Part shown: one piece after another, positions 6,253 to 15,646 of the stretch | Position numbering within the stretch: position 1 is the first letter of the stretch | Layout: every line of letters begins with the position of its first letter | Origin: a virus | Taxonomy: Duplodnaviria > Heunggongvirae > Uroviricota > Caudoviricetes | Reading direction: 5' to 3' (one strand) | Virus record (IMG/VR): IMGVR_UViG_2579779084_000006 | Length of the DNA stretch: 21,560 nucleotides | Translations under genes and position numbers: made by a program | Notes under the pieces: generated by a model | Told to the model about the DNA's origin: nothing | Database searches by the model: none | What the model saw: only the letters and a program-made list of their open reading frames with translations

Positions 6253-7493
6253 TGTTCTTTTCGGGATTATTTCAAAGAAAAAGTAACGCACCGGTGACCA
6301 CGCCAGCAGAGCTGGCAGATGCTATCGGGCTGTCCTACGACACCTATACCGGAAAGCAGATCAGCAGCCAGCGGGCCATGCGACTGACGGCGGTTTTTTC
6401 CTGCGTCAGGGTGCTGGCAGAGTCGGTCGGGATGTTGCCCTGCAATCTGTATCACCTGAACGGCAGCCTGAAACAGAGAGCCACCGGCGAACGTCTGCAT
6501 AAGCTGATCTCCACGCATCCTAATGGCTATATGACGCCGCAGGAGTTCTGGGAGCTGGTGGTCACCTGTCTGTGTCTGCGGGGAAACTTTTACGCCTACA
6601 AAGTGAAAGCATTTGGCGAAGTGGCTGAACTGCTGCCCGTCGATCCCGGTTGTGTGGTACCGAAGCTTAACAGTAGCTGGGAGCCGGTCTATCAGGTCAC
6701 ATTCCCGGACGGCTCCACGGATGTGCTGACCCAGGAGGATATCTGGCATGTGCGCACGCTGACGCTGGACGGACTGGTGGGGCTGAATCCCGTCGCCTAT
6801 GCCCGCGAGGCAATATCGCTGGCGGCAGCGACCGAAGAGCACGGGGCCAGACTGTTCAGCAATGGTGCGGTGACGTCGGGTGTGTTGCGTACAGAGCAAA
6901 CGCTGTCAGATCAGGCTTACGAGCGCCTGAAGAAAGATTTTGAGGAGCGTCACACCGGGCTTGGCAATGCTCACCGCCCGATGATCCTTGAGATGGGGCT
7001 GGACTGGAAGTCGATGGCGCTGAACGCCGAGGACAGCCAGTTCCTGGAAACCCGCAAGTTTCAGCTTGAAGAAATCTGTCGTCTGTTCCGGGTGCCGTTG
7101 CACATGGTGCAGAACACCGATCGCGCCACCTTCAACAATATCGAAGAGCTGGGGCTGGGATTTATCAATTATTCACTGGTGCCGTATCTGACCCGCATCG
7201 AACAGCGGATCAACACCGGACTGGTACGAAAAAGTAAGCAGGGCGTTTATTACGCCAAATTTAACGCCGGGGCGTTACTGCGCGGAGATATGAAGTCCCG
7301 TTTTGAAGCCTACGCCACCGGGATCAACTGGGGAATTTACTCTCCCAATGACTGCCGTGACCTGGAAGATATGAATCCGCGTCCCGGTGGTGATGTCTAT
7401 CTCACACCGATGAACATGACCACGAAACCCTCCGATGGCAGTAAAGCCGGTAAGCAGAAGGATAACGCCAATGCAGACGAAACAACGTCTTGA
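6252..7493 (+). CDS. Portal protein (HK97-family-like), 413 aa
   Basis: GTG start at 6252 with GGAGG (6241-6245) at 6-nt spacing. Size and position (after TerL, before protease and capsid) fit the HK97-type portal. Confidence 0.9.
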   Translation: MFFSGLFQRKSNAPVTTPAELADAIGLSYDTYTGKQISSQRAMRLTAVFSCVRVLAESVGMLPCNLYHLNGSLKQRATGERLHKLISTHPNGYMTPQEFWELVVTCLCLRGNFYAYKVKAFGEVAELLPVDPGCVVPKLNSSWEPVYQVTFPDGSTDVLTQEDIWHVRTLTLDGLVGLNPVAYAREAISLAAATEEHGARLFSNGAVTSGVLRTEQTLSDQAYERLKKDFEERHTGLGNAHRPMILEMGLDWKSMALNAEDSQFLETRKFQLEEICRLFRVPLHMVQNTDRATFNNIEELGLGFINYSLVPYLTRIEQRINTGLVRKSKQGVYYAKFNAGALLRGDMKSRFEAYATGINWGIYSPNDCRDLEDMNPRPGGDVYLTPMNMTTKPSDGSKAGKQKDNANADETTS

Positions 7494-8121
7494 TGTACCG
7501 CTGAGTCTGAAATCTGTCAGTGACTCCGGTGAGTTTGAAGGGTATGGCTCCGTCTTTGGTGTAAAGGACAGCCACGATGATGTGGTGATGTCCGGGGCAT
7601 TTGCTGCTTCCCTGCGGGCGTGGAGTGACAGAAAAGCGTTACCTGCGCTGCTCTGGCAGCACCGCATGGATGAACCCATCGGTGTTTACACCGAAATGAA
7701 GGAAGACGATGTCGGGCTTTACGTCAGGGGACGGTTGCTTATTGATGATGATCCCCTCGCAAAACGCGCACATGCACACATGAAGGCCGGTTCGTTAACC
7801 GGCCTTTCTATTGGGTACGCCCTGAAAGACTGGGAATACGACCGGAGCAAAGAAGCCTTTCTGCTGAAAGAAATCGACCTCTGGGAAGTCAGCCTGGTGA
7901 CGTTCCCGTCTAACGACGAGGCGCGGATCAGCGACGTCAAGAACGCACTGGCCCGCGGGGAAATCCCCGAACAGAAAAAAATCGAAAGAGTCCTGCGTGA
8001 TGTCGGACTCTCCCGTACCCAGGCCAAAGCATTCATGGCCGGGGGCTATGGCGCACTGTCCCTGCGCGACGCTGAGGATGTGGGCTCTGCATTGAATGCA
8101 CTGAAAAATCTGAACTTCTAA
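7471..8121 (+). CDS. Prohead maturation protease (HK97 gp4-like), 216 aa
   Basis: Translation contains FEGYGSVFGVKDSHDDVVMSGAF, typical of HK97-family prohead proteases. The track starts at ATG 7435; I prefer the in-frame ATG at 7471 (MQTKQRL...), which gives a 23-nt overlap with the portal end. The start is uncertain. Confidence 0.85.
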   Translation: MQTKQRLDVPLSLKSVSDSGEFEGYGSVFGVKDSHDDVVMSGAFAASLRAWSDRKALPALLWQHRMDEPIGVYTEMKEDDVGLYVRGRLLIDDDPLAKRAHAHMKAGSLTGLSIGYALKDWEYDRSKEAFLLKEIDLWEVSLVTFPSNDEARISDVKNALARGEIPEQKKIERVLRDVGLSRTQAKAFMAGGYGALSLRDAEDVGSALNALKNLNF

Positions 8122-8135
8122 TCAGGAGAAATACG

Positions 8136-9341
8136 ATGGCGGTTGATATTAAAGATGTCGAACAGGTCGCGCAGGAGCTGCAGCAGAAGTTTGACGACTT
8201 CAAAGCAAAGAACGACAAGCGCGTTGAGGCGATTGAGCAGGAAAAAGGCAAACTTGCCGGGCAGGTGGAAACCCTGAACGGAAAACTCAGCGAGCTGGAA
8301 AACCTCAAAAGCGACCTTGAAAAAGAGCTGCTTGAGCTGAAACGTCCGGCAGGTGGTGCGCAAAATAAACTGGCCACCGAGCACAAAGAGGCGTTTGTGG
8401 GCTTTCTGCGTAAAGGCCGTGAAGACGGTCTGCGCGATCTGGAGCGCAAGGCATTGCAGGTGGGCACCGATGAAGACGGCGGCTATGCCGTGCCGGAAGC
8501 ACTGGATCGCAACATTCTCACCCTGCTGAAAGATGAAGTGGTGATGCGCCAGGAAGCCACGGTGATCACCGTTGGTGGTTCCGACTACAAAAAACTGGTG
8601 AATCTGGGCGGCACGGCTTCCGGATGGGTTGGCGAGACTGACGCGCGCTCCCAGACTGCCACCTCAAAACTGGGCCTGATTGAACCTTTCATGGGGGAAA
8701 TCTACGGTAACCCGCAGGCTACCCAGAAAATGCTGGATGATGCCTTTTTCAACGTGGAAGCCTGGATCAACAGCGAGCTGGCAACCGAATTTGCCGAACA
8801 GGAAGAAATTGCCTTTACCACCGGCGATGGCACCAAGAAGCCAAAAGGGTTCCTGGCGTATGAATCCACGGATGAAACCGATAAGGTTCGTGCGTTCGGT
8901 AAACTTCAACATATTGTATCCGGTGAAGCGACGACGGTGACCGCAGACGCCATTATCAAACTGATTTACACGCTGCGTAAGGCACACCGCACCGGCGCGA
9001 AGTTCATGATGAACAACAACAGCCTGTTTGCCATCCGTCTGCTGAAAGACAGCGAGGGTAACTATCTGTGGCGTCCGGGGCTGGAGCTGGGGCAGCCGTC
9101 CTCTCTGGCGGGTTACGGTATCGCTGAAAACGAACAGATGCCGGATATCGCCGCTGATGCGAAAGCCATTGCATTTGGTAACTTCAAACGGGGTTACACC
9201 ATCGTTGACCGTATCGGCACCCGCATTCTGCGTGACCCGTACACCAATAAACCGTTTGTCGGTTTTTATACCACCAAGCGCACCGGCGGGATGCTGGTCG
9301 ATTCGCAGGCCATCAAACTGCTGAAGATTGCAGCGGCGTAA
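8136..9341 (+). CDS. Major capsid protein (HK97-family-like) with N-terminal coiled-coil scaffolding (delta) domain, 401 aa
   Basis: ATG at 8136 with AGGAG (8124-8128). The first 70 or so residues are a charged heptad-rich helix (VEQVAQELQQKFDDFKAKNDKRVEAIEQEKGKLAGQVETLNGKLSELENLKSDLEKELLELK). No separate scaffold gene between protease and capsid. Confidence 0.93.
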   Translation: MAVDIKDVEQVAQELQQKFDDFKAKNDKRVEAIEQEKGKLAGQVETLNGKLSELENLKSDLEKELLELKRPAGGAQNKLATEHKEAFVGFLRKGREDGLRDLERKALQVGTDEDGGYAVPEALDRNILTLLKDEVVMRQEATVITVGGSDYKKLVNLGGTASGWVGETDARSQTATSKLGLIEPFMGEIYGNPQATQKMLDDAFFNVEAWINSELATEFAEQEEIAFTTGDGTKKPKGFLAYESTDETDKVRAFGKLQHIVSGEATTVTADAIIKLIYTLRKAHRTGAKFMMNNNSLFAIRLLKDSEGNYLWRPGLELGQPSSLAGYGIAENEQMPDIAADAKAIAFGNFKRGYTIVDRIGTRILRDPYTNKPFVGFYTTKRTGGMLVDSQAIKLLKIAAA

Positions 9342-9348
9342 TCATTCA

Positions 9349-9368
9349 GGGGCGCGGAACCGCGCCCC
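9349..9368 (+). terminator. GC-rich hairpin immediately after the capsid gene
   Basis: GGGGCGC (9349-9355) / GCGCCCC (9362-9368) around a 6-nt loop. Not followed by a clean U-tract, so more likely an attenuator or RNA-stability element than a full terminator. Confidence 0.35.
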
Positions 9369-9390
9369 CTGTTCTGACGGGTGAAGAATC

Positions 9391-9591
9391 ATGATCCTGA
9401 AACAAGATCTGAAATGGTCACCGGACGGTATGCGTGTTGAGGTCATTCGGGCCGGTGAGTATGACGACGGGGCGCTTCCTGCCCGGGTGCAGGAGATTGC
9501 ACTTCAGGCCGGGTTAGCAGAGCGCGGAACCAGTGCAAAAAGCAGTAAAGCGGCAAAAGAGAAAAAAGCCACGGCCAGTAAAGAGGGCTGA
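9391..9591 (+). CDS. Hypothetical small protein, 66 aa, with Lys/Ala/Ser-rich C-terminal tail
   Basis: ATG at 9391; the stop at 9589-9591 is 2 nt before the next gene's ATG at 9594, so it is tightly packed in the operon. C-terminus is SAKSSKAAKEKKATASKEG. Confidence 0.45.
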   Translation: MILKQDLKWSPDGMRVEVIRAGEYDDGALPARVQEIALQAGLAERGTSAKSSKAAKEKKATASKEG

Positions 9592-9593
9592 GT

Positions 9594-9917
9594 ATGCTTC
9601 TGACAATGGAAGAGATTAAAGCCCAACTCCGGCTGGATGAGGATTTCGATGCTGATAACCGCCATCTGCAACTGCTGGCCTGTGCGGCGCAAAAGCGGAC
9701 GGAAACGTATCTGAACCGGAAGCTCTATGCTCCGGATGAAACCATTCCGGACAGCGATCCGGACGGGCTGCACCTGCCGGATGATATTCGTCTGGGGATG
9801 CTGATGCTTATCAGCCATTTTTACGAAAATCGCTCGTCGGTTACAGACGTTGAGAAAATGGAGTTGCCAATGAGCTTTAACTGGCTTGTCGGCCCGTACA
9901 GGTATTTCCCGCAATGA
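9594..9917 (+). CDS. Head-tail connector protein (gp6-like DNA-packaging/connector family), 107 aa
   Basis: N-terminus MLLTMEEIKAQLRLDEDFDADNRHLQLLACAAQKRTETYLNRKL matches the pattern of gp6-like head-tail connector proteins. AAGAGGG RBS. First gene after the capsid module. Confidence 0.75.
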   Translation: MLLTMEEIKAQLRLDEDFDADNRHLQLLACAAQKRTETYLNRKLYAPDETIPDSDPDGLHLPDDIRLGMLMLISHFYENRSSVTDVEKMELPMSFNWLVGPYRYFPQ

Positions 9918-10324
9918 AAATTCGTCAGGCGCAGACCAGCGCAACCTACATTCTGCCGGACCCCGGTGAACTGAATAAACGCGTCCTGATCCGCCAGCGG
10001 GTGGATATGCCCGCGGATAACTTTGGCGTGGAGCCTCAATACCCGGTTACGTTCCGGACATGGGCGAAGGTTATCCAGACCAGTGCCACCACCTGGCAGG
10101 AAACCGCGCAGACCGGGGACGCCATCACCCATTACATCACCATTCGTTACCGCCGGGGGATCACCGCTGATTATGAGGTGGTCTGCGGTGACAGTGTGTA
10201 CCGGGTGAAACGTCAGCGCGATCTGAACGGAGCGCGGCGCTTTCTGCTGCTGGAGTGTACGGAGCTGGGCGAATTTACGCAGAGTCACGGAGGCAACAAT
10301 GGCGACTTCCTTTTTGCACGTTGA
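9914..10324 (+). CDS. Head closure / head-tail joining protein, 136 aa
   Basis: ATGA start-stop overlap with the connector gene. Size and position fit the head-tail adaptor family. Assignment by synteny. Confidence 0.6.
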   Translation: MKIRQAQTSATYILPDPGELNKRVLIRQRVDMPADNFGVEPQYPVTFRTWAKVIQTSATTWQETAQTGDAITHYITIRYRRGITADYEVVCGDSVYRVKRQRDLNGARRFLLLECTELGEFTQSHGGNNGDFLFAR

Positions 10325-10805
10325 TGTTCAGCAGCCCGCGGAGATGCGCTTTAACCGCGCCCGTGTCCGGCGGGCGTTTGTCACGATTGGTCAGCGTCAT
10401 ATGCGTGATGCCCGACGGCTGGTGATGCGCCGTGCGCGGTCGGCACCGGGTGAAAACCCCGGTTATCAGACCGGACGCCTGGCTCGTTCGATTGGTTACA
10501 TGGTACCCAGAGCCAGTAAAAAGCGAGCCGGTTTTATGACACGCATTGCCCCTAACCAGCGCAACGGGAAGGGGAACCGGATGATCTCTGGTGACTTCTA
10601 TCCGGCGTTTCTGTTTTTTGGTGTCCGGGGAGGAGCAAAACGTCGTCGTAGTCATCATCGTGGTGCATCTGGTGGCAGCGGCTGGCGGCTGGCTCCACGT
10701 AATAACTTTATGGTGGAAACGCTTGAAAAGAACCGCAGCTGGACACGCTATTTTCTGGCGCGGGAATTACGTAAATCACTGAAGCCGGAGCGACGACGCA
10801 GATGA
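10299..10805 (+). CDS. Virion morphogenesis / neck protein (HK97 gp10-like), 168 aa
   Basis: ATG at 10299 with GGAGG (10286-10290), overlapping the upstream gene by 26 nt. Very basic product with an Arg-rich C-terminus. Functional call by position. Confidence 0.5.
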   Translation: MATSFLHVDVQQPAEMRFNRARVRRAFVTIGQRHMRDARRLVMRRARSAPGENPGYQTGRLARSIGYMVPRASKKRAGFMTRIAPNQRNGKGNRMISGDFYPAFLFFGVRGGAKRRRSHHRGASGGSGWRLAPRNNFMVETLEKNRSWTRYFLARELRKSLKPERRRR

Positions 10806-11362
10806 AACTGACGCCTGTTATTGCTGCGCTGCGTGCCCGCTGCCCGTATTTTGAAAACCGGGTGGCAGGCGCGGCCCAGTTCAAAAATCTGCCGGAGGTC
10901 GGAAAGCTGAGACTCCCGGCGGCGTATGTGGTACCGGGGGATGACTCTCCGGGAGAAAACAAAAGCCAGACCGACTACTGGCAGGAGCTGAAAGAGGGCT
11001 TCTCCGTGGTTGTCATACTGAGTAACGGGCGTGATGAGCGCGGTCAGTTTGCCTCGTATGATGTGGTGGACGATGTCCGGCAGATGCTCTTTAAGGCCCT
11101 GCTGGGCTGGAACCCGGAAGCGTGCGGTAACCCGATTACCTATGACGGCGGCACGCTGCTGGATCTGAATCGTCATGAGCTGATTTATCAGTTCGATTTT
11201 TCGGTCATCAGTGAGCTGACCGAAGACGATACCCGCCAGCAGGATGACCTGAACAGTCTGGATGAACTGCAAACGCTGGCGATTGATGTTGATTATCTCG
11301 AGCCCGGTAACGGACCTGACGGCGATATCGAACATCACACCGAAATAACCCTTCCTTCCTGA
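10802..11362 (+). CDS. Tail-proximal structural protein (Mu gp37-like), 186 aa
   Basis: ATGA overlap with the upstream gene. Occupies the slot before the sheath gene that Mu-like tail modules fill with gp37-type proteins. Family call from synteny. Confidence 0.45.
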   Translation: MKLTPVIAALRARCPYFENRVAGAAQFKNLPEVGKLRLPAAYVVPGDDSPGENKSQTDYWQELKEGFSVVVILSNGRDERGQFASYDVVDDVRQMLFKALLGWNPEACGNPITYDGGTLLDLNRHELIYQFDFSVISELTEDDTRQQDDLNSLDELQTLAIDVDYLEPGNGPDGDIEHHTEITLPS

Positions 11363-11370
11363 GGATCCTC

Positions 11371-11541
11371 ATGTTTGTCAAACCTGTTAAAGGGCGGTCA
11401 GTTCCTGATCCTGCCCGCGGCGACCTTTTGCCCGCCGAAGGGCGAAATGTTGATGAGAACAACTACTGGCTGCGCCGTGAAGCAGCGGGTGATATCCGGC
11501 GCGTGAATAAAAAGGTGAATACCGATGACGATAAGCTTTAA
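11371..11541 (+). CDS. Small protein (56 aa) upstream of the sheath gene (Mu gp38-like position)
   Basis: ATG at 11371 with GAGGA (11361-11365). Translation MFVKPVKGRSVPDPARGDLLPAEGRNVDENNYWLRREAAGDIRRVNKKVNTDDDKL. Its 3' end overlaps the sheath start (11525) in another frame. Not in the ORF track (under 60 aa). Confidence 0.4.
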   Translation: MFVKPVKGRSVPDPARGDLLPAEGRNVDENNYWLRREAAGDIRRVNKKVNTDDDKL

Positions 11542-13021
11542 CACCATTCCGTCGAATACGCTGGTTCCGTTGTTTTATGCGGAAATGGATAACCAGGCGG
11601 CGAATACTGCACAGGACAGCGGAGCATCGCTGCTGATTGGTCATGCCAATAACGGTGCAGAGATTGTTGCCAACAGTCTGGTGCTGATGCCGTCGGCAGA
11701 CTATGCACGCCAGATTTGTGGTGTGGGAAGTCAGCTGGCGCGTATGGTCGAGGCTTATCGCCAGACCGACCCGTTTGGTGGGCTGTATGTGATTGCCGTT
11801 CCTGAATCCACGGGCGCGGCGGCAACGGTTACGCTGACGGTGACCGGGGCGGCAACCGAAACCGGCACGGTGAATGTGTATGTGGGACGTACCCGCGTGC
11901 AGGCACCGGTGACCAATGGCGATAACGTCACGATGATTGCCAGCAGTATCCAGGATGCCATCAATGCCGTTCCGACTCTGCCGTTTACAGCTTCATCTTC
12001 GGCTGGTGTTGTCACGCTGACCGCGCGTCATAAGGGGCTTTGCGGGAATGAAATTCCTGTCAGCCTCAATTACTACGGCTTCGGTGGGGGCGAAGTGCTG
12101 CCAGCGGGCGTACAGATTGCCGTGGCGACGGGGACCGCCGGAACGGGCGCTCCGGTTCTCACCGGCGCGGTGGCTGCAATGGCGGATGAGCCGTTTGATT
12201 ATATCGGTCTGCCGTTCAACGACACGGCCTCCGTTAACACGCTGGTGACCGAGATGAACGATACCAGCGGTCGCTGGAGCTATGCGCGTCAGCTGTATGG
12301 TCATGTGTATACGGCAAAGACCGGCACACTGTCAGAACTGGTGAACGCAGGTGACCAGTTTAACCAGCAGCACATCACCCTGGCGGGGTACGAAAAAGAA
12401 ACCCAGACGCCTGCCGACGAGCTGGCAGCCAGCCGTACCGCCCGCGCGGCAGTGTTTATCCGCAACGATCCGGCACGTCCCACGCAGACCGGTGAGCTGG
12501 TGGGTATGCTGCCTGCGCCGAAGGGGAAACGGTTCACGATGACCGAGCAGCAGACCCTGCTGTCTCATGGCGTGGCAACGGCGTATGTCGAAAGCGGGGT
12601 GCTGCGCATTCAGCGTGATGTCACCACGTACAGGAAAAACGCTTACGGGGTTGCGGATAACAGCTACCTCGACAGCGAGACGCTGCATACCAGCGCGTAT
12701 GTACTGCGCAAACTGAAATCCGTCATTACCAGTAAGTACGGGCGTCACAAGCTTGCCAGTGACGGTACCCGCTTTGGTCCCGGTCAGGCGATTGTCACCC
12801 CGGCGGTGATCAAAGGGGAACTGCTGGCAACCTACCGTCAGCTCGAGCGTGCGGGGATCGTGGAAAACTACGAACTGTTTAAGCAGTACCTGGTTGTGGA
12901 GCGTGATGCCAGCGATCCGAACCGCCTGAACACGCTGTTCCCGCCTGACTATGTTAACCAGTTGCGTGTCTTTGCCGTGGTTAACCAGTTCCGTCTTCAG
13001 TATTCAGAGGAGTCTGCATAA
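11525..13021 (+). CDS. Contractile tail sheath protein (Mu L-like), 498 aa
   Basis: About 500-aa ORF immediately before a 118-aa tube gene, a frameshifted chaperone pair and the tape measure, which is the canonical myovirus order. Size matches Mu-type sheath proteins. Confidence 0.82.
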   Translation: MTISFNTIPSNTLVPLFYAEMDNQAANTAQDSGASLLIGHANNGAEIVANSLVLMPSADYARQICGVGSQLARMVEAYRQTDPFGGLYVIAVPESTGAAATVTLTVTGAATETGTVNVYVGRTRVQAPVTNGDNVTMIASSIQDAINAVPTLPFTASSSAGVVTLTARHKGLCGNEIPVSLNYYGFGGGEVLPAGVQIAVATGTAGTGAPVLTGAVAAMADEPFDYIGLPFNDTASVNTLVTEMNDTSGRWSYARQLYGHVYTAKTGTLSELVNAGDQFNQQHITLAGYEKETQTPADELAASRTARAAVFIRNDPARPTQTGELVGMLPAPKGKRFTMTEQQTLLSHGVATAYVESGVLRIQRDVTTYRKNAYGVADNSYLDSETLHTSAYVLRKLKSVITSKYGRHKLASDGTRFGPGQAIVTPAVIKGELLATYRQLERAGIVENYELFKQYLVVERDASDPNRLNTLFPPDYVNQLRVFAVVNQFRLQYSEESA

Positions 13022-13377
13022 TGGCCCGTATCGGGGGAACCTGTTATTTCAAAATTGACGGTCAGCAGCTATCGCTGACCGGCGGCATTGAGGTGCCCAT
13101 GAACAGGACGGTCAATGATGACATCATCGGCCTGGACGGTTCAGTGGACCGCAAGGAAACTCACCGTGCGCCTTATGTCAAAGGGACCTTCAAGGTGCCG
13201 AAGAATTTTCCGGTGAGCAAAATCACCTCGTCTGATGAGATGACCATCACTGCCGAGTTGGCGAACGGTCAGGTCTATGTACTGTCGTCTGCCTGGCTGC
13301 ACGGCGAAGCGAACCATAATGCCGAAGAAGGCACGGTTGATCTTGAGTTCCACGGTGAAGAAGGGGATTACCAGTAA
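13021..13377 (+). CDS. Tail tube protein (Mu M-like), 118 aa
   Basis: TAATG overlap with the sheath stop. Size and position typical of the tube protein. Confidence 0.8.
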   Translation: MARIGGTCYFKIDGQQLSLTGGIEVPMNRTVNDDIIGLDGSVDRKETHRAPYVKGTFKVPKNFPVSKITSSDEMTITAELANGQVYVLSSAWLHGEANHNAEEGTVDLEFHGEEGDYQ

Positions 13378-13646
13378 TGAAAGAGCTTGAGTTAAAGAAA
13401 CCGATTACTGCTCATGGCGAGACACTCTCCGTACTGGAGTTTGATGAGCCCACCGGGAAGGATGTCCGCGAGCTGGGGTATCCCTACCAGATGAATCAGG
13501 ATGAGTCCGTCAGACTTCTGGCGCATGTGGTGTCGAAATACATTGTGCGGCTGGCGAAAGTGCCGCAAAGCTCTGTCGACCAGATGTCTCCGGCAGACCT
13601 GAATGCAGCGGCGTGGCTTGTGGCTGGTTTTTTCCTCCAGGCCTGA
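13377..13646 (+). CDS. Tail assembly chaperone, short form, 89 aa
   Basis: TAATG overlap with the tube gene. Lies immediately before the tape measure. Contains a slippery heptamer near its 3' end (see next feature). Confidence 0.7.
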   Translation: MKELELKKPITAHGETLSVLEFDEPTGKDVRELGYPYQMNQDESVRLLAHVVSKYIVRLAKVPQSSVDQMSPADLNAAAWLVAGFFLQA

Positions 13647-13795
13647 CGGCTGAATACCTCACTGATCGCTTCTTTGACTGCGCCAGCTACTGGCGCATTA
13701 ATCCCTTCGAATTGCTGAATATGTCGATCAGTGAAATTCCCTTGCTGGTCAGTCAGGCAAACAGGATAGAGCAGGAGAAACGCACACATGGCTGA
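13377..13795 (+). CDS. Tail assembly chaperone, long form by programmed -1 frameshift at T_TTT_TTC (13628-13634)
   Basis: The zero-frame codons GGT TTT TTC place the heptamer TTTTTTC at 13628-13634. The -1 frame is open from there to TGA at 13793-13795 (FFPPGLTAEYLTDRFF...EQEKRTHG), ending inside the start of the tape measure gene. Same arrangement as lambda G/GT and Mu gp41/gp42. Confidence 0.55.
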
Positions 13796-15623
13796 ATTTG
13801 AGCTTAAGGCGTTGATCACCGGTGTCGACAGGCTTTCTCCCGCGCTGTCGAAAATGCAAAAGAAAATCCGGGGATTTAAACGCCAGGCGGAAGAAGCGTC
13901 ACAGGGTGGGCTGGCGCTTGGTGGCGGACTGGCAGCGGGTCTGACGCTTTCCCTGAAATCTTATGCCGATCAGGAAAACGCCGCCACCGGGCTGAAAGTC
14001 GCCATGATGGATGCGAACGGCGAGATTGGAAAGCGCTTTCAGGACATCAATAAACTGGCTATTGGCCTGGGTAACCAGCTACCCGGTACAACGGCTGATT
14101 TCCAGAACATGATGCAGATGCTGGTGCGTCAGGGGATCCCGGCAGAAAACATTCTTGGCGGTGTGGGTAAAGCGACAGCTTATCTTGCGGTACAACTGAA
14201 AAAAACACCGGAAGCGGCTGCCGAGTTTGCCGCAAAGATGCAGGATGCTACCGGAACGGCGTCAGAAGACATGATGGGGCTGTTCGACACTATCCAGAAG
14301 GCGTTTTATCTGGGCGTTGACGATACCAACATGTTGTCCTTCTTCACTAAAACCAGCTCTGTTCTGAAGATGGTGAACAAGGACGGTCTTCAGGCTGCAC
14401 AGAGCCTTGCCCCCATCAGCGTCATGATGGATCAGATGGGGATGAACGGGGAGTCGGCAGGTAACGCCCTGCGAAAAGTTATCCAGTCCGGATTAAGCGT
14501 TAAGAAAATCAGGGACGTCAATAAAGTCATGGCCCGCCAGAAACTCGGAGTGCAGCTCGATTTTACTGACGGCAAAGGGAGTTTTGGCGGTCTTGATAAC
14601 ATGTTCAGGCAACTGGCAAAGCTGCGAAAACTGACCGACGTTAAGCGAACAGGTGTACTTAAGGCAATATTTGGTGATGATGCCGAAACCCTTCAGGTGG
14701 TCAATGCCCTGATCGATAAAGGAAAGGATGGTTACGATCAGATCCAGCAGAAGATGAATAAACAGGCCAGCCTGAATAAACGTGTTCAGGCACAGCTTGG
14801 TACGCTGTCCAACCTGTGGGAGGCAATGACAGGGACCGCAACTAACGGCCTTGCGGCTATTGGCGGCGCATTTTCTGGTGACGCCAAAAATATCACGCAA
14901 TGGCTGGGGGAGTTGGGGGAAAAATTCACGAAGTTTGCGGATCAAAATCCCCGGGTTATTCGCGGCGTCGTCGGGCTTGCTGCCGGTCTTGCGATTCTGA
15001 AACTGGGATTGATGGGCGTGGGCAGTGCCATCAGTATCGTCAGCAGGATCATGTCGATGACGCCGATTGGCATGATTGCGACGGCGATTGCTCTGGCTGC
15101 GGGATTAATTATCACTAACTGGGATGTTGTCGGACCTTATTTTAAGAAGCTCTGGGAAACCATTGGTCCTTATTTTGAGGCTGGCTGGGAACTTCTGAAG
15201 AAAGTTTTTGCCTGGTCGCCGCTGGGAATGGTGATCAATAACTGGGGACCGGTTGTTAAGTGGTTTCAGGATATGTGGGACAAGCTGAAGCCCATTATTG
15301 AGTGGTTTACCGACAGTTCCGGTGACACGGTCGATGCCATTAACTCTGCGCAGTGGGGCGTGGGTGCTTATGATGCTTATGGGACGGGAATACCGGCGCG
15401 GGGATACACACCTTATCCGGCGGTAGATCCGGCTCAGTCAAACAACGCCTCCGGTGCCACAGGCCCGAATCCCTTCATGATTAACAAAGCTTCTGCGCCA
15501 AAAGTTGATGGTGAGATCAAGGTCTCTTTTGTGAACTCGCCTCCGGGTATGCGGGTTATGGAAACGCGATCCAGCGGTTTTGATGTCAGCCATGATGTTG
15601 GTTATACGCGCTTTTGCAGGTAA
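13788..15623 (+). CDS. Tail tape measure protein, 611 aa
   Basis: Long ORF after the chaperone pair. Predicted alpha-helical N-terminal half, internal hydrophobic segment (GLAAGLAILKLGLMGVGSAISIV...IATAIALAAGLII) and Trp-rich repeats, typical of tape measure proteins. Confidence 0.9.
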   Translation: MAEFELKALITGVDRLSPALSKMQKKIRGFKRQAEEASQGGLALGGGLAAGLTLSLKSYADQENAATGLKVAMMDANGEIGKRFQDINKLAIGLGNQLPGTTADFQNMMQMLVRQGIPAENILGGVGKATAYLAVQLKKTPEAAAEFAAKMQDATGTASEDMMGLFDTIQKAFYLGVDDTNMLSFFTKTSSVLKMVNKDGLQAAQSLAPISVMMDQMGMNGESAGNALRKVIQSGLSVKKIRDVNKVMARQKLGVQLDFTDGKGSFGGLDNMFRQLAKLRKLTDVKRTGVLKAIFGDDAETLQVVNALIDKGKDGYDQIQQKMNKQASLNKRVQAQLGTLSNLWEAMTGTATNGLAAIGGAFSGDAKNITQWLGELGEKFTKFADQNPRVIRGVVGLAAGLAILKLGLMGVGSAISIVSRIMSMTPIGMIATAIALAAGLIITNWDVVGPYFKKLWETIGPYFEAGWELLKKVFAWSPLGMVINNWGPVVKWFQDMWDKLKPIIEWFTDSSGDTVDAINSAQWGVGAYDAYGTGIPARGYTPYPAVDPAQSNNASGATGPNPFMINKASAPKVDGEIKVSFVNSPPGMRVMETRSSGFDVSHDVGYTRFCR

Positions 15624-15646
15624 TGAAAAATTAATCTGTTAATGAG

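Noticed and set aside
6267-6899. Minus-strand 210-aa ORF inside the portal gene
   Set aside because: Antisense to a confidently called structural gene. His/Arg/Gln-rich translation without motifs.
7435-7470. Upstream ATG start for the prohead protease
   Set aside because: Would create a 59-nt overlap with the portal gene. The in-frame ATG at 7471 has a purine-rich SD-like sequence. Either start remains possible.
8033-8467. Minus-strand 144-aa Ser/Arg-rich ORF antisense to the capsid delta domain
   Set aside because: Low-complexity mirror of the Glu/Lys-rich coiled-coil codons on the coding strand.
12301-12748. Minus-strand ORFs inside the sheath gene
   Set aside because: Antisense to a long structural gene. 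No RBS or motif.
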